64,000 bases of DNA, taken from an uncultured Holosporaceae bacterium (lineage in GTDB: Bacteria > Pseudomonadota > Alphaproteobacteria > UBA3830 > CASESI01). How positions within the stretch are numbered: the stretch's first letter is position 1; each line of letters begins with the position of its first letter. Below, one piece after another: positions 28,535-38,361 of this stretch. Location of the stretch: positions 76,755-140,754 of the forward strand of contig CASESI010000013.1 of NCBI GenBank assembly GCA_949290705.1, given 5' to 3'. Made by a program: the position numbers and the translations under genes. The notes beneath the pieces are model-generated. The model saw only the letters and a list, made by a program, of their open reading frames with translations, was not told the DNA's origin and did not search any database.

Positions 28535-29068
28535 TCATAATTTATCCTTATTGTTTGTTTTTGTGAGATAGTAATCTATATCAGCATACGCTCTATTCAG
28601 CCATCCATTTTCAAAAACTTTCAGTCTATCATTCTTTGTTATAATAATCCTATAATATCCAGCTATTTCGGATTTTAGTGCAGATAATAATATTCCTCCG
28701 TCAATTTTGTTAACTGAATTAATAGTCTTTTCACCAATTATTCCATCTTCACTTAACATTATTCCAGAAGCTCTAACTGCCCTTTGCAGAATTCTTGCCG
28801 CAACTTTAAGACCTGTATTTACTGAAATATCAAACAATTTTATTGCAACCTTAGTATGTATGATTTTATCACATTTATTTTTTAACCAAAAATCTTCATA
28901 GTATATATTTTTAGCCTCTTCTAATGTTAATTGAGTAATATCAATATTTGGATAAGACCTCTCCGAAATACCAAACTTTGTAATACCACCTTTGTCATTT
29001 TTGTCATCAGAAAATCCACCTTCAAATAACAACAAATAATTAAAAGCTTGTTCAAACAATTTATCCAT
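28535..29068 (-). CDS. Glycoside hydrolase family 108 (lysozyme-like) protein with predicted peptidoglycan-binding C-domain
   Basis: N-terminal FNYLLLFEGGFSDDKNDKGGITKFGIS...EEAKNIYYEDFW is the GH108 signature. C-terminal ...GIIGEKTINSVN... resembles PG_binding_3. Confidence 0.8.
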   Translation of the reverse strand: MDKLFEQAFNYLLLFEGGFSDDKNDKGGITKFGISERSYPNIDITQLTLEEAKNIYYEDFWLKNKCDKIIHTKVAIKLFDISVNTGLKVAARILQRAVRASGIMLSEDGIIGEKTINSVNKIDGGILLSALKSEIAGYYRIIITKNDRLKVFENGWLNRAYADIDYYLTKTNNKDKL

Positions 29069-31442
29069 TTACTGTTTCCTTTTTACTTCTTTTGGTAGAT
29101 TTAGCTTTTGAATCGATCTTACTTTTACCTAACGATTTCTTTTTAGGTGCATTTTTTATAAATTCAATAGCCGTGTTTAAATCCATATTTATAAAAATAC
29201 TGAAATCTTTTACAGAATAATACTTATTGTCGTATTTTATATATGGCCCAAATGGTCCTATTGCAATTGTAATATCCTCTCCTTCAAAATCTCCCAATTT
29301 CTTTGGTAAAGATAACAATTTAACAGCCAAATCATAATTTAAATCTTCAATACTAATTATCTTAGGAATAGCGGTCCTTTTCACCTTCTTGCCTTCTTGA
29401 TGGGATAAGTACAATCCATATGGCCCTTTCTTTAAAATAATACTTGTGCCATTCAATTCACCCAAAGACCTTTCTTCAAAAATATCCGTTTCTTGTTTTA
29501 AATTTTCATTATCCTTATCATCACCTTGTGAATCCATTTGTATACGTTTTGTATAAGAGCAATCAGGATAATTAGAACACGCTATAAACGCACCATACCT
29601 GCCAAGTTTTAATCCTAACATTCCACCACATTTTGGGCATTTTCTATCAACACCATTATCTTGTGCTTTAAACAGGTAATCATCCAAATCTTTTTCTAAA
29701 TAATTTATCACATCTGTAATTCTTAATTTATCAGCACTTTGAATACTTTTATAAAATTCATCCCAAAAATTATGCAACACCAATTTCCAAGATTTTTGTC
29801 CATTAGAAATATCATCAAGTTGTTGTTCAAGATTTGCAGTAAAATCAAATTCCACATATTTGGAGAAAAAATTCTTTAAAAACGAAGTTACAAAACGTCC
29901 TAAATCTTCTATATAAAACTTTTTCTGCCGTAGCTTCACGTAACCTCTTTGTTGCAACACATATAGTATTGTTGCATACGTTGAAGGGCGTCCTATTCCC
30001 AACTCTTCCAATTTTTTTACCAAAGATGCCTCTGTATACCTAAATGGAGGTTTCGTAAAATGTTGAGCGGTTACTATATCTGTTAGATTTACGGTATCAT
30101 TTTCATTTAAATCCGGCAATAGTTGCTTATCAGAATCATTTTGATCATTTTTAACAGCTTCATCTAAAGACTCATCATAAACCTTTAAAAACCCATCAAA
30201 TACTAAAGTTGATCCACTTGCCCTAAATGTTGCAGAGCTAACGTCATTCGCCATATCAATAATAACTTGATTAAATTTTGCATTTGTCATCTGAGATGCG
30301 ATAGTTCTTTTCCAAATTAAATCATACAAAGCATACAAATTATCATCAATTTGCCCCTTTATTTTGGATGGGGGCAAATCAAATCTTGATGGCCGAATCG
30401 CTTCATGAGCTTCTTGGGCATTTTTAACTTTACTCGAATATTTAATTGATGTTTTTGGTAAATAATCATTTGTATATACATTCGAGATAAATGCCCTAAT
30501 GCCACTCAAAGCTTCATCCGATAAATTAACACTGTCTGTCCTCATGTAAGTTATAAGTCCTGTTTGCTCTCCATTTATAACAACTCCTTCATAAAGCCTT
30601 TGCGCAAGCGACATCGTATTTCTAGCGGAAAAACCTAATTTCCTAGAAGCTTCTTGTTGTAATGTTGATGTAATAAACGGAGCAAAAGGTTTTCTATATG
30701 TAACTTTTCTATCAATTGAAGCAATCGCATATTGTTCATGCAAAAGAGAATCCTTAATTTTTTTCGCTTCTAATTCATTCTTAATCGATAATTTCTCTAA
30801 CTTTTTTCCATCAAATGTTATTAATCTTGCACTTAAACCCCCTTTTTTAGAAGAAAAATTCCCAACTACATCCCAGTACTCTTCTGATTTAAATTTATCA
30901 ATCTCACATTCTCTTTCATATATCAAACGCAAAGCCACAGATTGTACTCTGCCAGCGGATTTGCTCTTTGGTAATTTTCGCCATAAAATTGGTGATAATT
31001 TGAAACCAACGAGATAATCCAATGCTCTCCTTGCAAGATATGCCTCAACTAAATTTATATCAAGTCCCCTTGGATCAGAAATAGCTTTAGTAACAGCACT
31101 CTTTGTGATTTCGTGAAAAACAACTCTTTTCACAGGAACATGCAACTTATCCTTTAAAATTTCCACCAAATGCCACGATATGGCCTCTCCTTCCCGATCT
31201 GGATCTGTTGCCAAGAAAACTTCATCAGCTGTTTTAATAGCTTTCTCTATGGCTGCAATATGTTTATTTCCAACAGAATCAATATGCCATTTCATCGCAA
31301 AGTCACGATCCGGATCAACAGACCCATCTTTTGATACCAAATCCCTTATATGACCATAGCTAGCCAGTACTTTAAAATCCTTGCCCAAATATTTCTCAAT
31401 CGTCTTTGCTTTCGCAGGCGATTCAACTATCATCAACTTCAT
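29061..31442 (-). CDS. topA: DNA topoisomerase I
   Basis: MKLMIVESPAKAKTIEKYLG... (TOPRIM), DPDREGEAISWH, active-site region GLITYMRTDS, and C-terminal Zn-ribbon CPKCGG...CSNYPDC. ATG at 31440-31442 is preferred over the track's GTG at 31454. Confidence 0.95.
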   Translation of the reverse strand: MKLMIVESPAKAKTIEKYLGKDFKVLASYGHIRDLVSKDGSVDPDRDFAMKWHIDSVGNKHIAAIEKAIKTADEVFLATDPDREGEAISWHLVEILKDKLHVPVKRVVFHEITKSAVTKAISDPRGLDINLVEAYLARRALDYLVGFKLSPILWRKLPKSKSAGRVQSVALRLIYERECEIDKFKSEEYWDVVGNFSSKKGGLSARLITFDGKKLEKLSIKNELEAKKIKDSLLHEQYAIASIDRKVTYRKPFAPFITSTLQQEASRKLGFSARNTMSLAQRLYEGVVINGEQTGLITYMRTDSVNLSDEALSGIRAFISNVYTNDYLPKTSIKYSSKVKNAQEAHEAIRPSRFDLPPSKIKGQIDDNLYALYDLIWKRTIASQMTNAKFNQVIIDMANDVSSATFRASGSTLVFDGFLKVYDESLDEAVKNDQNDSDKQLLPDLNENDTVNLTDIVTAQHFTKPPFRYTEASLVKKLEELGIGRPSTYATILYVLQQRGYVKLRQKKFYIEDLGRFVTSFLKNFFSKYVEFDFTANLEQQLDDISNGQKSWKLVLHNFWDEFYKSIQSADKLRITDVINYLEKDLDDYLFKAQDNGVDRKCPKCGGMLGLKLGRYGAFIACSNYPDCSYTKRIQMDSQGDDKDNENLKQETDIFEERSLGELNGTSIILKKGPYGLYLSHQEGKKVKRTAIPKIISIEDLNYDLAVKLLSLPKKLGDFEGEDITIAIGPFGPYIKYDNKYYSVKDFSIFINMDLNTAIEFIKNAPKKKSLGKSKIDSKAKSTKRSKKETVNG

Positions 31443-31539
31443 AAAACTAATCACTCAAACTATAGATTAGGTAAAACTTAACAAATCGAATCCAATTCGT
31501 ATCACAAAAAGAACCTAATATCAAATTATTTTTTGAATA

Positions 31540-32271
31540 CTATAAAGAGAATAGTACTCCTGTTTCAACATTAAAGTTATTAATTGAACTATTTTTCTTC
31601 TCATCGAATTGCTCTTTTTTGGCGTGATGTCTTAATCTAACAGACGTTGAAAAGGTAATATTTTTATTGACTTGATATTCAACCGCTCCATGCACAACAT
31701 AACCTAAATTCGTTTTCATAGCTTCTCTCGAAGGTGAAAAAGCACACTTTGATACCCCTCCTCCGAATGAAATTGCTGTCCTAGCCCAAGTTAAATTGTA
31801 TTTAAACATAACAAGTAAATCCATATAGCGTAAACTTCCATTTTTTACTAAATCTCCATTTACACTATCTTCTCCATCATAAGCACTTGGGTCAGCCATT
31901 TCAACACTTGTTGCTCCCTCTTCAACTGATTCAGCATTTTCATCTTCTGTAGTTGTAATAGGATTTATAGAATAAAAATCTTTCAATTTAAACCTACTTA
32001 TACAACATTGCAATCCTACTAATCTTTCCTTTGATATTTTATAGAAAACATTACCAATAACACCTGCACTTAATGATTGACCTATTTTGTCATAACAAAT
32101 CTTACCAGAATCTTTTTCTCTTTCTTTAGGAGTTTTCGCAAATGAAAAACCAACGATAGGACCTAACAAAAATACTGGCCCTCTTGATTCATATCCACTA
32201 AATGATGCATTTGATATACGTAAAAAAGATATCAACATTATGATAGAAAATCCGAAAACTCCTTGTTTCAT
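31540..32271 (-). CDS. Outer-membrane beta-barrel protein (porin/OMP_b-brl-like)
   Basis: Signal peptide, alternating beta-strand pattern, a C-terminal aromatic-rich strand (VETGVLFSL), and an acidic surface-loop insertion. Confidence 0.55.
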   Translation of the reverse strand: MKQGVFGFSIIMLISFLRISNASFSGYESRGPVFLLGPIVGFSFAKTPKEREKDSGKICYDKIGQSLSAGVIGNVFYKISKERLVGLQCCISRFKLKDFYSINPITTTEDENAESVEEGATSVEMADPSAYDGEDSVNGDLVKNGSLRYMDLLVMFKYNLTWARTAISFGGGVSKCAFSPSREAMKTNLGYVVHGAVEYQVNKNITFSTSVRLRHHAKKEQFDEKKNSSINNFNVETGVLFSL

Positions 32272-32390
32272 ATAAAACCCGTAAAACTACCTTTTCAAAT
32301 ACTCTATTACACTTAATTTAATAAACAATTAATTTAATCAAATATTTTTATATAAACATCGCATAACAGAACATGCTGTTAGCTTAAAAT

Positions 32391-32419
32391 TTGATTTTAT
32401 GTACAACACATTGTATAAT
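32391..32419 (+). promoter_or_regulatory. Sigma70-type promoter abutting the M23 peptidase start
   Basis: TTGATT (32391-32396), a 17-nt spacer, then TATAAT (32414-32419). In-frame ATG codons follow at 32421 and 32427. Confidence 0.55.
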
Positions 32420-32420
32420 C

Positions 32421-33539
32421 ATGAGCATGAGGCATGGTATATTACTTTGGAAGGCTAGTATTTCTGTATGTGTTGGAGTGTGCATTTCTGTATTTATTAA
32501 GGAATTTGATCGCGCCGATAATTGTACAGTGGAACAACATCTTTATTCAAATAACGTGATGCTCACAAATGTCACACTAAATAACGAATCTACACCTATA
32601 GTGAGTGATAACGCATCTGCGATTAGTGGCAGTATAGCTACAAACACCAATTCTGACAATATAATAAATATAAATGATGTGTTATCTAACATTAAGTCAA
32701 ATTTGAATGATGATAGATTAAAGAGTTTCGCTGACAATTCTATAGTAAAATTACACAATGATAACATTCTGATATCATTTAAAATACATAACAACTTGTA
32801 CTCCGATGCCAGAAAATGCAAAGTTCCTCAGAAAGTGATTTCAAAAATGATCAATTTGTACAAACATCAGTTGAATTTTAAATCGGATTTAAAAACTGGG
32901 GATATAGTGAAACTTATATACGACAGTAATGATAATCAATTAATTTTTACATCTATCTCCAATTCTAAAAAAACTTATTCTATTTATAGGTATAGCAAAA
33001 ACGGATCAGATCTTGGGTATTATAACGATAAGGGAATATGTCTAAATCAGGACACTTTTCTTACTCCAGTAAAGAATGCTAGAATTTCATCTAGATTTGG
33101 TATGCGTGTACACCCAGTAAAAAAGATTAGAAAAATCCACAAAGGAACAGATTTTGCCGCTAATATTGGTACTCCTATCATGGCTGCAAATTCTGGCAGG
33201 GTAATTCACATAGGTCACAGAGGTGGGTACGGCAAGTGTATAATACTGAGACATACTAACGGATATAAAACGCTTTACGGACATATGTCAAAATATGCTG
33301 ATGGTGTGACCGTAAATAAATCTGTAACAAAAGGAGATGTAATCGGATATGTCGGGAAGAGTGGCTTGGCGACAGGCCCTCATTTACATTTTGAAATCAT
33401 GAAGAATAATGTAAAAATAAATCCTGAAAAAGCCAACTTTATTTCGATTGCTGACTTGACAGCGAAAGAAAAAATACGATTCAATGCGTATAAAAATCGA
33501 ATTCAATCTCAACTTGAAACGTATTCTGCATCATATTAA
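32421..33539 (+). CDS. M23 (LytM-type) peptidoglycan endopeptidase
   Basis: FGMRVHPVKKIRKIHKGTDFAANIGTPIMAANSGRV...GYGKCIILRHTNGYKTLYGHMS...GKSGLATGPHLHFEI carries the HxxxD and HxH M23 motifs. N-terminal TM/signal segment. Start is uncertain (32421 or 32427). Confidence 0.85.
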   Translation: MSMRHGILLWKASISVCVGVCISVFIKEFDRADNCTVEQHLYSNNVMLTNVTLNNESTPIVSDNASAISGSIATNTNSDNIININDVLSNIKSNLNDDRLKSFADNSIVKLHNDNILISFKIHNNLYSDARKCKVPQKVISKMINLYKHQLNFKSDLKTGDIVKLIYDSNDNQLIFTSISNSKKTYSIYRYSKNGSDLGYYNDKGICLNQDTFLTPVKNARISSRFGMRVHPVKKIRKIHKGTDFAANIGTPIMAANSGRVIHIGHRGGYGKCIILRHTNGYKTLYGHMSKYADGVTVNKSVTKGDVIGYVGKSGLATGPHLHFEIMKNNVKINPEKANFISIADLTAKEKIRFNAYKNRIQSQLETYSASY

Positions 33540-34297
33540 TTTCTGTTGTTTATTACTATTATAAATTCCCCCTTTATGCTTTTAGATCTAATTATTTCTA
33601 TCACATTACAGATTTTACCTCTTAACGTTTCTTCAAATTTTTTTGTGATTTCACGAGATACTGAGATTTCCACATCATTACCAAATACTTCACTTATAGC
33701 ATGCAATGTATTAATAACTTTAAATGGAGATTCGTAAATAATTATAGTGGTTTTTATCGTATGTAACAGTTGTAATTCACTTAACTTTTTTCCATTTTTT
33801 GGTGATAAAAAACCATAAAAGAAAAATGAATCTGTCGGAAGAGCTGATAATGTTAATGCTGAAATTGCCGCACTTGGACCTGGTACAGAAAAGACGTTCA
33901 TTCCTAATTTTGTAATTTCTCTAACCAACTTAAAACCTGGATCTGATATCATTGGAGTTCCAGCATCAGATACAACAGCAACTATATCATTCTCTTTTAT
34001 CATATTAATATATTTTTCAAGATTTTTATTTTCAGTAATATCGTTGAAACAAACTAATTTCCTATTCTCTATTCCATAGAATTGCAACAGTTTCATAGTT
34101 ACTCTAGTGTCTTCACAAAGTATAATATTTGCAACATTTAATATGCTTATTGCCCTTATCGTAATATCTAATATATTCCCTATAGGTGTTGAAATTATAT
34201 AAACCCCTTTCAATAATTCTTGAGAATCTATTTTATCTTTTATATTTTTGTTGTAAACTATACTGGTATTGTTCATATTGCTACCATGATGAGACAC
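33536..34297 (-). CDS. rsmI: 16S rRNA (cytidine1402-2'-O)-methyltransferase RsmI
   Basis: VYIISTPIGNILDITIRAISIL..ANIILCEDTRVTMKLL...VSDAGTPMISDPG is the tetrapyrrole-methylase fold typical of RsmI. An alternative start is at 34276. Confidence 0.9.
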   Translation of the reverse strand: MSHHGSNMNNTSIVYNKNIKDKIDSQELLKGVYIISTPIGNILDITIRAISILNVANIILCEDTRVTMKLLQFYGIENRKLVCFNDITENKNLEKYINMIKENDIVAVVSDAGTPMISDPGFKLVREITKLGMNVFSVPGPSAAISALTLSALPTDSFFFYGFLSPKNGKKLSELQLLHTIKTTIIIYESPFKVINTLHAISEVFGNDVEISVSREITKKFEETLRGKICNVIEIIRSKSIKGEFIIVINNRN

Positions 34298-35290
34298 ATC
34301 GCTCCGATTATATTGTTATTAATATTAACATCTTGTGTCAACAATGATAAAGACTATTTTTCAAAACGTCCAGATACTGAATTTGTTTTAGATACTAAGA
34401 AAAATTCTAGTGATATAGTACTAATAGTTATAGATCAAGAACTTGTTGGAAGTAAATCCACAGATGAAATAATAAATGCTTCTCAATTAGCTTTTATGTG
34501 GTATGCAGAAAATAAATTCAAAAATCAAAAGCCATATAAAATAGCAATAGAGAAACTCTCACCGACAGATATAAAAAATATTTACCATCTGTATGAAAAG
34601 TATAAGAATAAAAATATAACAAATGTTATATCATTCCTCAATATGAATGAACTTAGAAAAGTGTCGTTTTTTTTCAAAACAGCATCTGTGTATTCAATGC
34701 AAAATTTCAAAGACTTATCTTTTAGAAACATAAAATACCTCAATAACAATATGAATGATATTCTATCTAGTGTTACGAATATTGTAAAAAGTAGTTCAAA
34801 AATCTTGTTTATAGATTACAACGAAAAATTAAAATTTAAGTTCGACAAAACATTAGTGGATATGAACTTTACAAATGATATGATGATTGATTACGTACCT
34901 TTTAATTCATTAAATAAACAAACTTTCGAATCATTTATTACAACCAATAAAATCGATACCTTAATATTAAATACCAATATATTTGATACAAAAGAGTTGT
35001 TAGAAAATACTAATTTTTCTGGAACACTTGTCCTATTGAATCCTCTCGATGTAGAAATTGCTAACCTACCAAAAATTGAAAAGATGTATTTTACTTTTTT
35101 AGACTTTGAATTATTTAAAGATTTTTCAAATACATATACAAGATTCTTTAATCAAGATCCACCTTCATTATATAGCTATATAACCTACAAACTTGTTCTT
35201 TCGATACTTCTGGATAATGAAATAGACCTATCGGGAATGCAGAAATTTGTTATTTACAAAAAATTTGGGAATAAAATTATAAAATATTAG
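34286..35290 (+). CDS. Lipoprotein of unknown function, divergent from rsmI (the position LpoA occupies in E. coli)
   Basis: MMRHIAPIILLLILTSC lipobox. No family recognised by eye. Divergent rsmI/lipoprotein arrangement. The part of the track ORF upstream of 34286 is antisense to rsmI. Confidence 0.5.
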   Translation: MMRHIAPIILLLILTSCVNNDKDYFSKRPDTEFVLDTKKNSSDIVLIVIDQELVGSKSTDEIINASQLAFMWYAENKFKNQKPYKIAIEKLSPTDIKNIYHLYEKYKNKNITNVISFLNMNELRKVSFFFKTASVYSMQNFKDLSFRNIKYLNNNMNDILSSVTNIVKSSSKILFIDYNEKLKFKFDKTLVDMNFTNDMMIDYVPFNSLNKQTFESFITTNKIDTLILNTNIFDTKELLENTNFSGTLVLLNPLDVEIANLPKIEKMYFTFLDFELFKDFSNTYTRFFNQDPPSLYSYITYKLVLSILLDNEIDLSGMQKFVIYKKFGNKIIKY

Positions 35291-35291
35291 C

Positions 35292-35861
35292 ATGAAAATT
35301 ATCTCCTTAAAAACTATAGATAGTACGAGTCTTGAATTAAAGAGGTTGCTTGATAACAGAGTTAAACTTGGTAGTGATTCAATCCTTGTTATTGCGGATA
35401 CACAAACAAATGGGTATGGAACTCATAATAGGATATGGGAATCTCCAAAAGGGAATATTTATTTGTCGTTTAACCTAAAATACGAACGATATGAACATTT
35501 ATCTTATTTCATATCATACGCTCTTTTTGAAACTATAAAATTTTACATAAGTAAAAAACATAATATCCATATCAAATGGCCAAACGACATAATGATAGAT
35601 AGTCTTAAAATCGCTGGAATTTTAATTGAATATTATTTAGAGGAATACCTAATAGGAATAGGAGTGAATTTATCTGTATCACCAATTTCAACTTCAACTT
35701 GTATAAAAAATGTTTTAGGAGAAAACTCTCTCCCGTCCAGAGCGCAATTCATAGAAACATTTATTAAAAATTTCGAAAAAAATAAAGCAATTATACAACA
35801 AAAAGGATTTCTAGCATTTAAAAGAAAATGGAAACAAGTAACAAATAATTTTAAATATTAA
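35292..35861 (+). CDS. birA: Biotin--[acetyl-CoA-carboxylase] ligase (BirA catalytic domain only)
   Basis: ADTQTNGYGTHNRIWESPKGNIYLSF corresponds to the GRGRxGRxWxSPxGxLYxS motif. KWPNDIMIDSLKIAGILIE corresponds to KWPND..KKIAGIL. No N-terminal HTH domain. Confidence 0.8.
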   Translation: MKIISLKTIDSTSLELKRLLDNRVKLGSDSILVIADTQTNGYGTHNRIWESPKGNIYLSFNLKYERYEHLSYFISYALFETIKFYISKKHNIHIKWPNDIMIDSLKIAGILIEYYLEEYLIGIGVNLSVSPISTSTCIKNVLGENSLPSRAQFIETFIKNFEKNKAIIQQKGFLAFKRKWKQVTNNFKY

Positions 35862-35934
35862 TCCTTTATGATGTTTCCACAATCCACGATGATATTTAGC
35901 TGTGATATGGAAGTCTAGAAAACTAATAAATTAA

Positions 35935-35963
35935 TTGATAATTCTTGCAAAATGAAGTATAAT
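35935..35963 (+). promoter_or_regulatory. Sigma70-type promoter for rpmG
   Basis: TTGATA (35935-35940), a 17-nt spacer, then TATAAT (35958-35963). About 30 nt upstream of the rpmG ATG. Confidence 0.6.
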
Positions 35964-35992
35964 GCCAGCTATTGTTTTTGAATATATATCAA

Positions 35993-36163
35993 ATGGCTAG
36001 AAAAACTGCGTCTTTATTGATAAAAATGATTAGCTCTGAGGGTACTGGTTATTTCTACGTTAGAAAAAAGAACCCAAAGAAAAAACCTGAAAAATTGGAA
36101 TTGAAGAAATATGACCCTATTGTTCGTAAGCATGTGGTCTTTAGAGAGTCAAAGATGAGATAG
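35993..36163 (+). CDS. rpmG: 50S ribosomal protein L33
   Basis: [54 protein letters not shown] is a canonical L33 sequence. Confidence 0.9.
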   Translation: MARKTASLLIKMISSEGTGYFYVRKKNPKKKPEKLELKKYDPIVRKHVVFRESKMR

Positions 36164-36177
36164 TGTTTTATCTCTCT

Positions 36178-36663
36178 TCAATTTTTTAGGAAATTATTAA
36201 GTACTTGGTCCATTTCGTTTAGGGTTGAATTTAACGTTTTTGGATTGAATCTATTGTTTATTTTTGATATCGTTTTAATTTGTTTGTCGAATATGCTTTC
36301 TATTTTTGAGAGTAGATCTAGTCCTTTTTTTGATAGCTTTATTAATGATGACCTTTTATCTCTCGTGGACTGAGTTTGTTCAATATATCCTGCATGCACC
36401 AATTTTTTGAGATTATATGATACATTTGAACCTATGTAATATCCCCTTGAAATTAGCTCTGTAATGTAAATTTGATCTCTACCTAGGTTATATAAAATCA
36501 AGCTTTGTATATTATTAATGTCATTAACATTTAAATTCGTAAGTTCTTTTTTTACGACATTTAAAAACACTTTATATAATTTATCGAGCAATAACACTGA
36601 ATTAATGTAAGCTCCTTTTTCACCATCACGTTGAGATTGGATAATGCCAATATTTTTTTTCAT
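36178..36663 (-). CDS. MarR-family transcriptional regulator
   Basis: Winged-helix pattern (NIQSLILYNLGRDQIYITELISRGYYIGSNVSYNLKKLVHAGYIEQTQSTRDKRSSLIKLSKKG). ATG at 36661-36663 is preceded by GAGG. Same strand as the flagellin array and directly downstream of it. Confidence 0.8.
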   Translation of the reverse strand: MKKNIGIIQSQRDGEKGAYINSVLLLDKLYKVFLNVVKKELTNLNVNDINNIQSLILYNLGRDQIYITELISRGYYIGSNVSYNLKKLVHAGYIEQTQSTRDKRSSLIKLSKKGLDLLSKIESIFDKQIKTISKINNRFNPKTLNSTLNEMDQVLNNFLKN

Positions 36664-36759
36664 ATTTACCTCAAAATATAACATTAGTATAACAATTTTT
36701 GGTTAATTTTTAGTTAAAATGATAATTTTTTTTAATATTAAAATAAAATAATAATGTTT

Positions 36760-38349
36760 TTAATTTTGTATAAGCTTCATAAGAACTCTTGCACTATCTT
36801 TTACTTTCATGACAGCTTCTGAACTAATATTTTCCAATACCTCAACTTGCATTAAATCAATTGTTTCATCTTGTACATCTATGTCTTCAATATTACTGAC
36901 TATATAATTAATATTATTTGTAGATAAATTATTTAAATATTCTATGTTTGCAACCTGAGCAAGCATATCTGAAATTGCGGACTTATTATTTGATATATCA
37001 TCAAGTACTCCATCTATCAGTCCTATTATTACATCTTTGTTATACTGCATAAAAAGATCTTCATCAAAATCTCCTCCACTTTCACCAGTATCCAATGCAA
37101 ATAATTTATATTTATCATCATCTAAAACATTAGGTAATTTCTTAAGTAATTGGTCCATATATAAATTTGTTTGATAAAGATAAAGTTTTCTATTTTCAAG
37201 CAATCCAGTCATCACTATTTCATCTCTAACCACTAAGTCATTATCAGGATTTTTATTAAAATACCCTATTAATGCTTCATCACCAAATGTAGTTGAAGAT
37301 ATGACATTTTTTATTGATTTAACTCTTAACATTATTTCATCTTTCAAACTATTCCTAACAGATTCTTTATCCAAATTTTGTTGACCGTTGGATGCTTCGA
37401 CAACCAATGTTCGCAATGATTTCATATCACTTTCTATAATTTCCTCGGCATTGTACAAAGTATCCATCATGGAATTATAATACTCAACTTGCCTATTAGA
37501 CCTTTTTTTATCCTCCAAAATCATTTTCACACTTTTATTATTGAAAAAAACTGTTGTTTCAGATACTGTTTCCAATTGGTTCTCTTGATCGATAATAAGT
37601 TGTTTTGCAGCTTCTATACCTTCTTTCGCATCATTAAATTGATTCCTTACTTCACCTGTAATCCTTTGCATATAATCAAGAACCCGTGACGAATACCTCA
37701 TTGTACCAACATGGTTTATTTTATTCTGATAACTATTAGTTTCTGATCCAAAATTCCCTGGTCTAACATATCTGATATGATTAAGTTTTAAGTACTTGTG
37801 TGCAACATTATTCCACTCTGGTAATATAATAGATATATTTTTATTATATACTCCATCTACTTTAAAACTAAATGTCTGTCGCTTATATCTATTGTTAACT
37901 CGTGGAGTAACTCTTCTGAAATTATTAGAGTATTCTTTTGACGTCAATAAATTATTAACTTCATCAATAATGCCAGGAGCTTTTGTATTATAATTTGTCC
38001 AATGCCCAGGTGTTTTTGCACTAACAGTTGGTATATTGGCAGCAATTGCATTACTCCAACCTAAATTCCATAATTCTTTGTATTTTTCATGCATGTTTGT
38101 CAATACACCTATTATATCATCAAGTTGTTTAATATCTTTATCGATTTTGGCTATCGTATTGTTTTCATCAGCTGTTGTCCCTTGTAATATTGTACTTTTA
38201 GATTCAGTTATAAAAACAGAATCTTTAATCTTCTGACCGGTTTTTCCACTTGCCAAACGTTCAAGAATTTCGCCTTTTTGAATACCATGCGTACGATTAC
38301 TAGTGGTAATTGACGTTACACTTCTTGTACCTATACCTCCTGTAATCAT
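36760..38349 (-). CDS. Flagellin-family protein, short-class paralog 5 (529 aa, enlarged)
   Basis: N-terminal ...KGEILERLASGKTG.KIKDS... and C-terminal IEDIDVQDETIDLMQVEVLENISSEAVMKVKDSARVLMKLIQN are shared with the four genes upstream. Internal SLRTLVVEASNGQQNLDKESVRNSLKDEIMLRVKSIKNVISSTTFGDEALIG resembles a canonical flagellin ND1 segment. Confidence 0.65.
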   Translation of the reverse strand: MITGGIGTRSVTSITTSNRTHGIQKGEILERLASGKTGQKIKDSVFITESKSTILQGTTADENNTIAKIDKDIKQLDDIIGVLTNMHEKYKELWNLGWSNAIAANIPTVSAKTPGHWTNYNTKAPGIIDEVNNLLTSKEYSNNFRRVTPRVNNRYKRQTFSFKVDGVYNKNISIILPEWNNVAHKYLKLNHIRYVRPGNFGSETNSYQNKINHVGTMRYSSRVLDYMQRITGEVRNQFNDAKEGIEAAKQLIIDQENQLETVSETTVFFNNKSVKMILEDKKRSNRQVEYYNSMMDTLYNAEEIIESDMKSLRTLVVEASNGQQNLDKESVRNSLKDEIMLRVKSIKNVISSTTFGDEALIGYFNKNPDNDLVVRDEIVMTGLLENRKLYLYQTNLYMDQLLKKLPNVLDDDKYKLFALDTGESGGDFDEDLFMQYNKDVIIGLIDGVLDDISNNKSAISDMLAQVANIEYLNNLSTNNINYIVSNIEDIDVQDETIDLMQVEVLENISSEAVMKVKDSARVLMKLIQN

Positions 38350-38361
38350 AATTCACCTCTT

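Noticed and set aside
28449-29068. GH108 lysozyme next to tRNA-Thr as a prophage remnant.
   Set aside because: - No integrase, phage structural genes or att-like direct repeats are nearby.
- The gene overlaps topA by 8 nt, which suggests a resident chromosomal gene.
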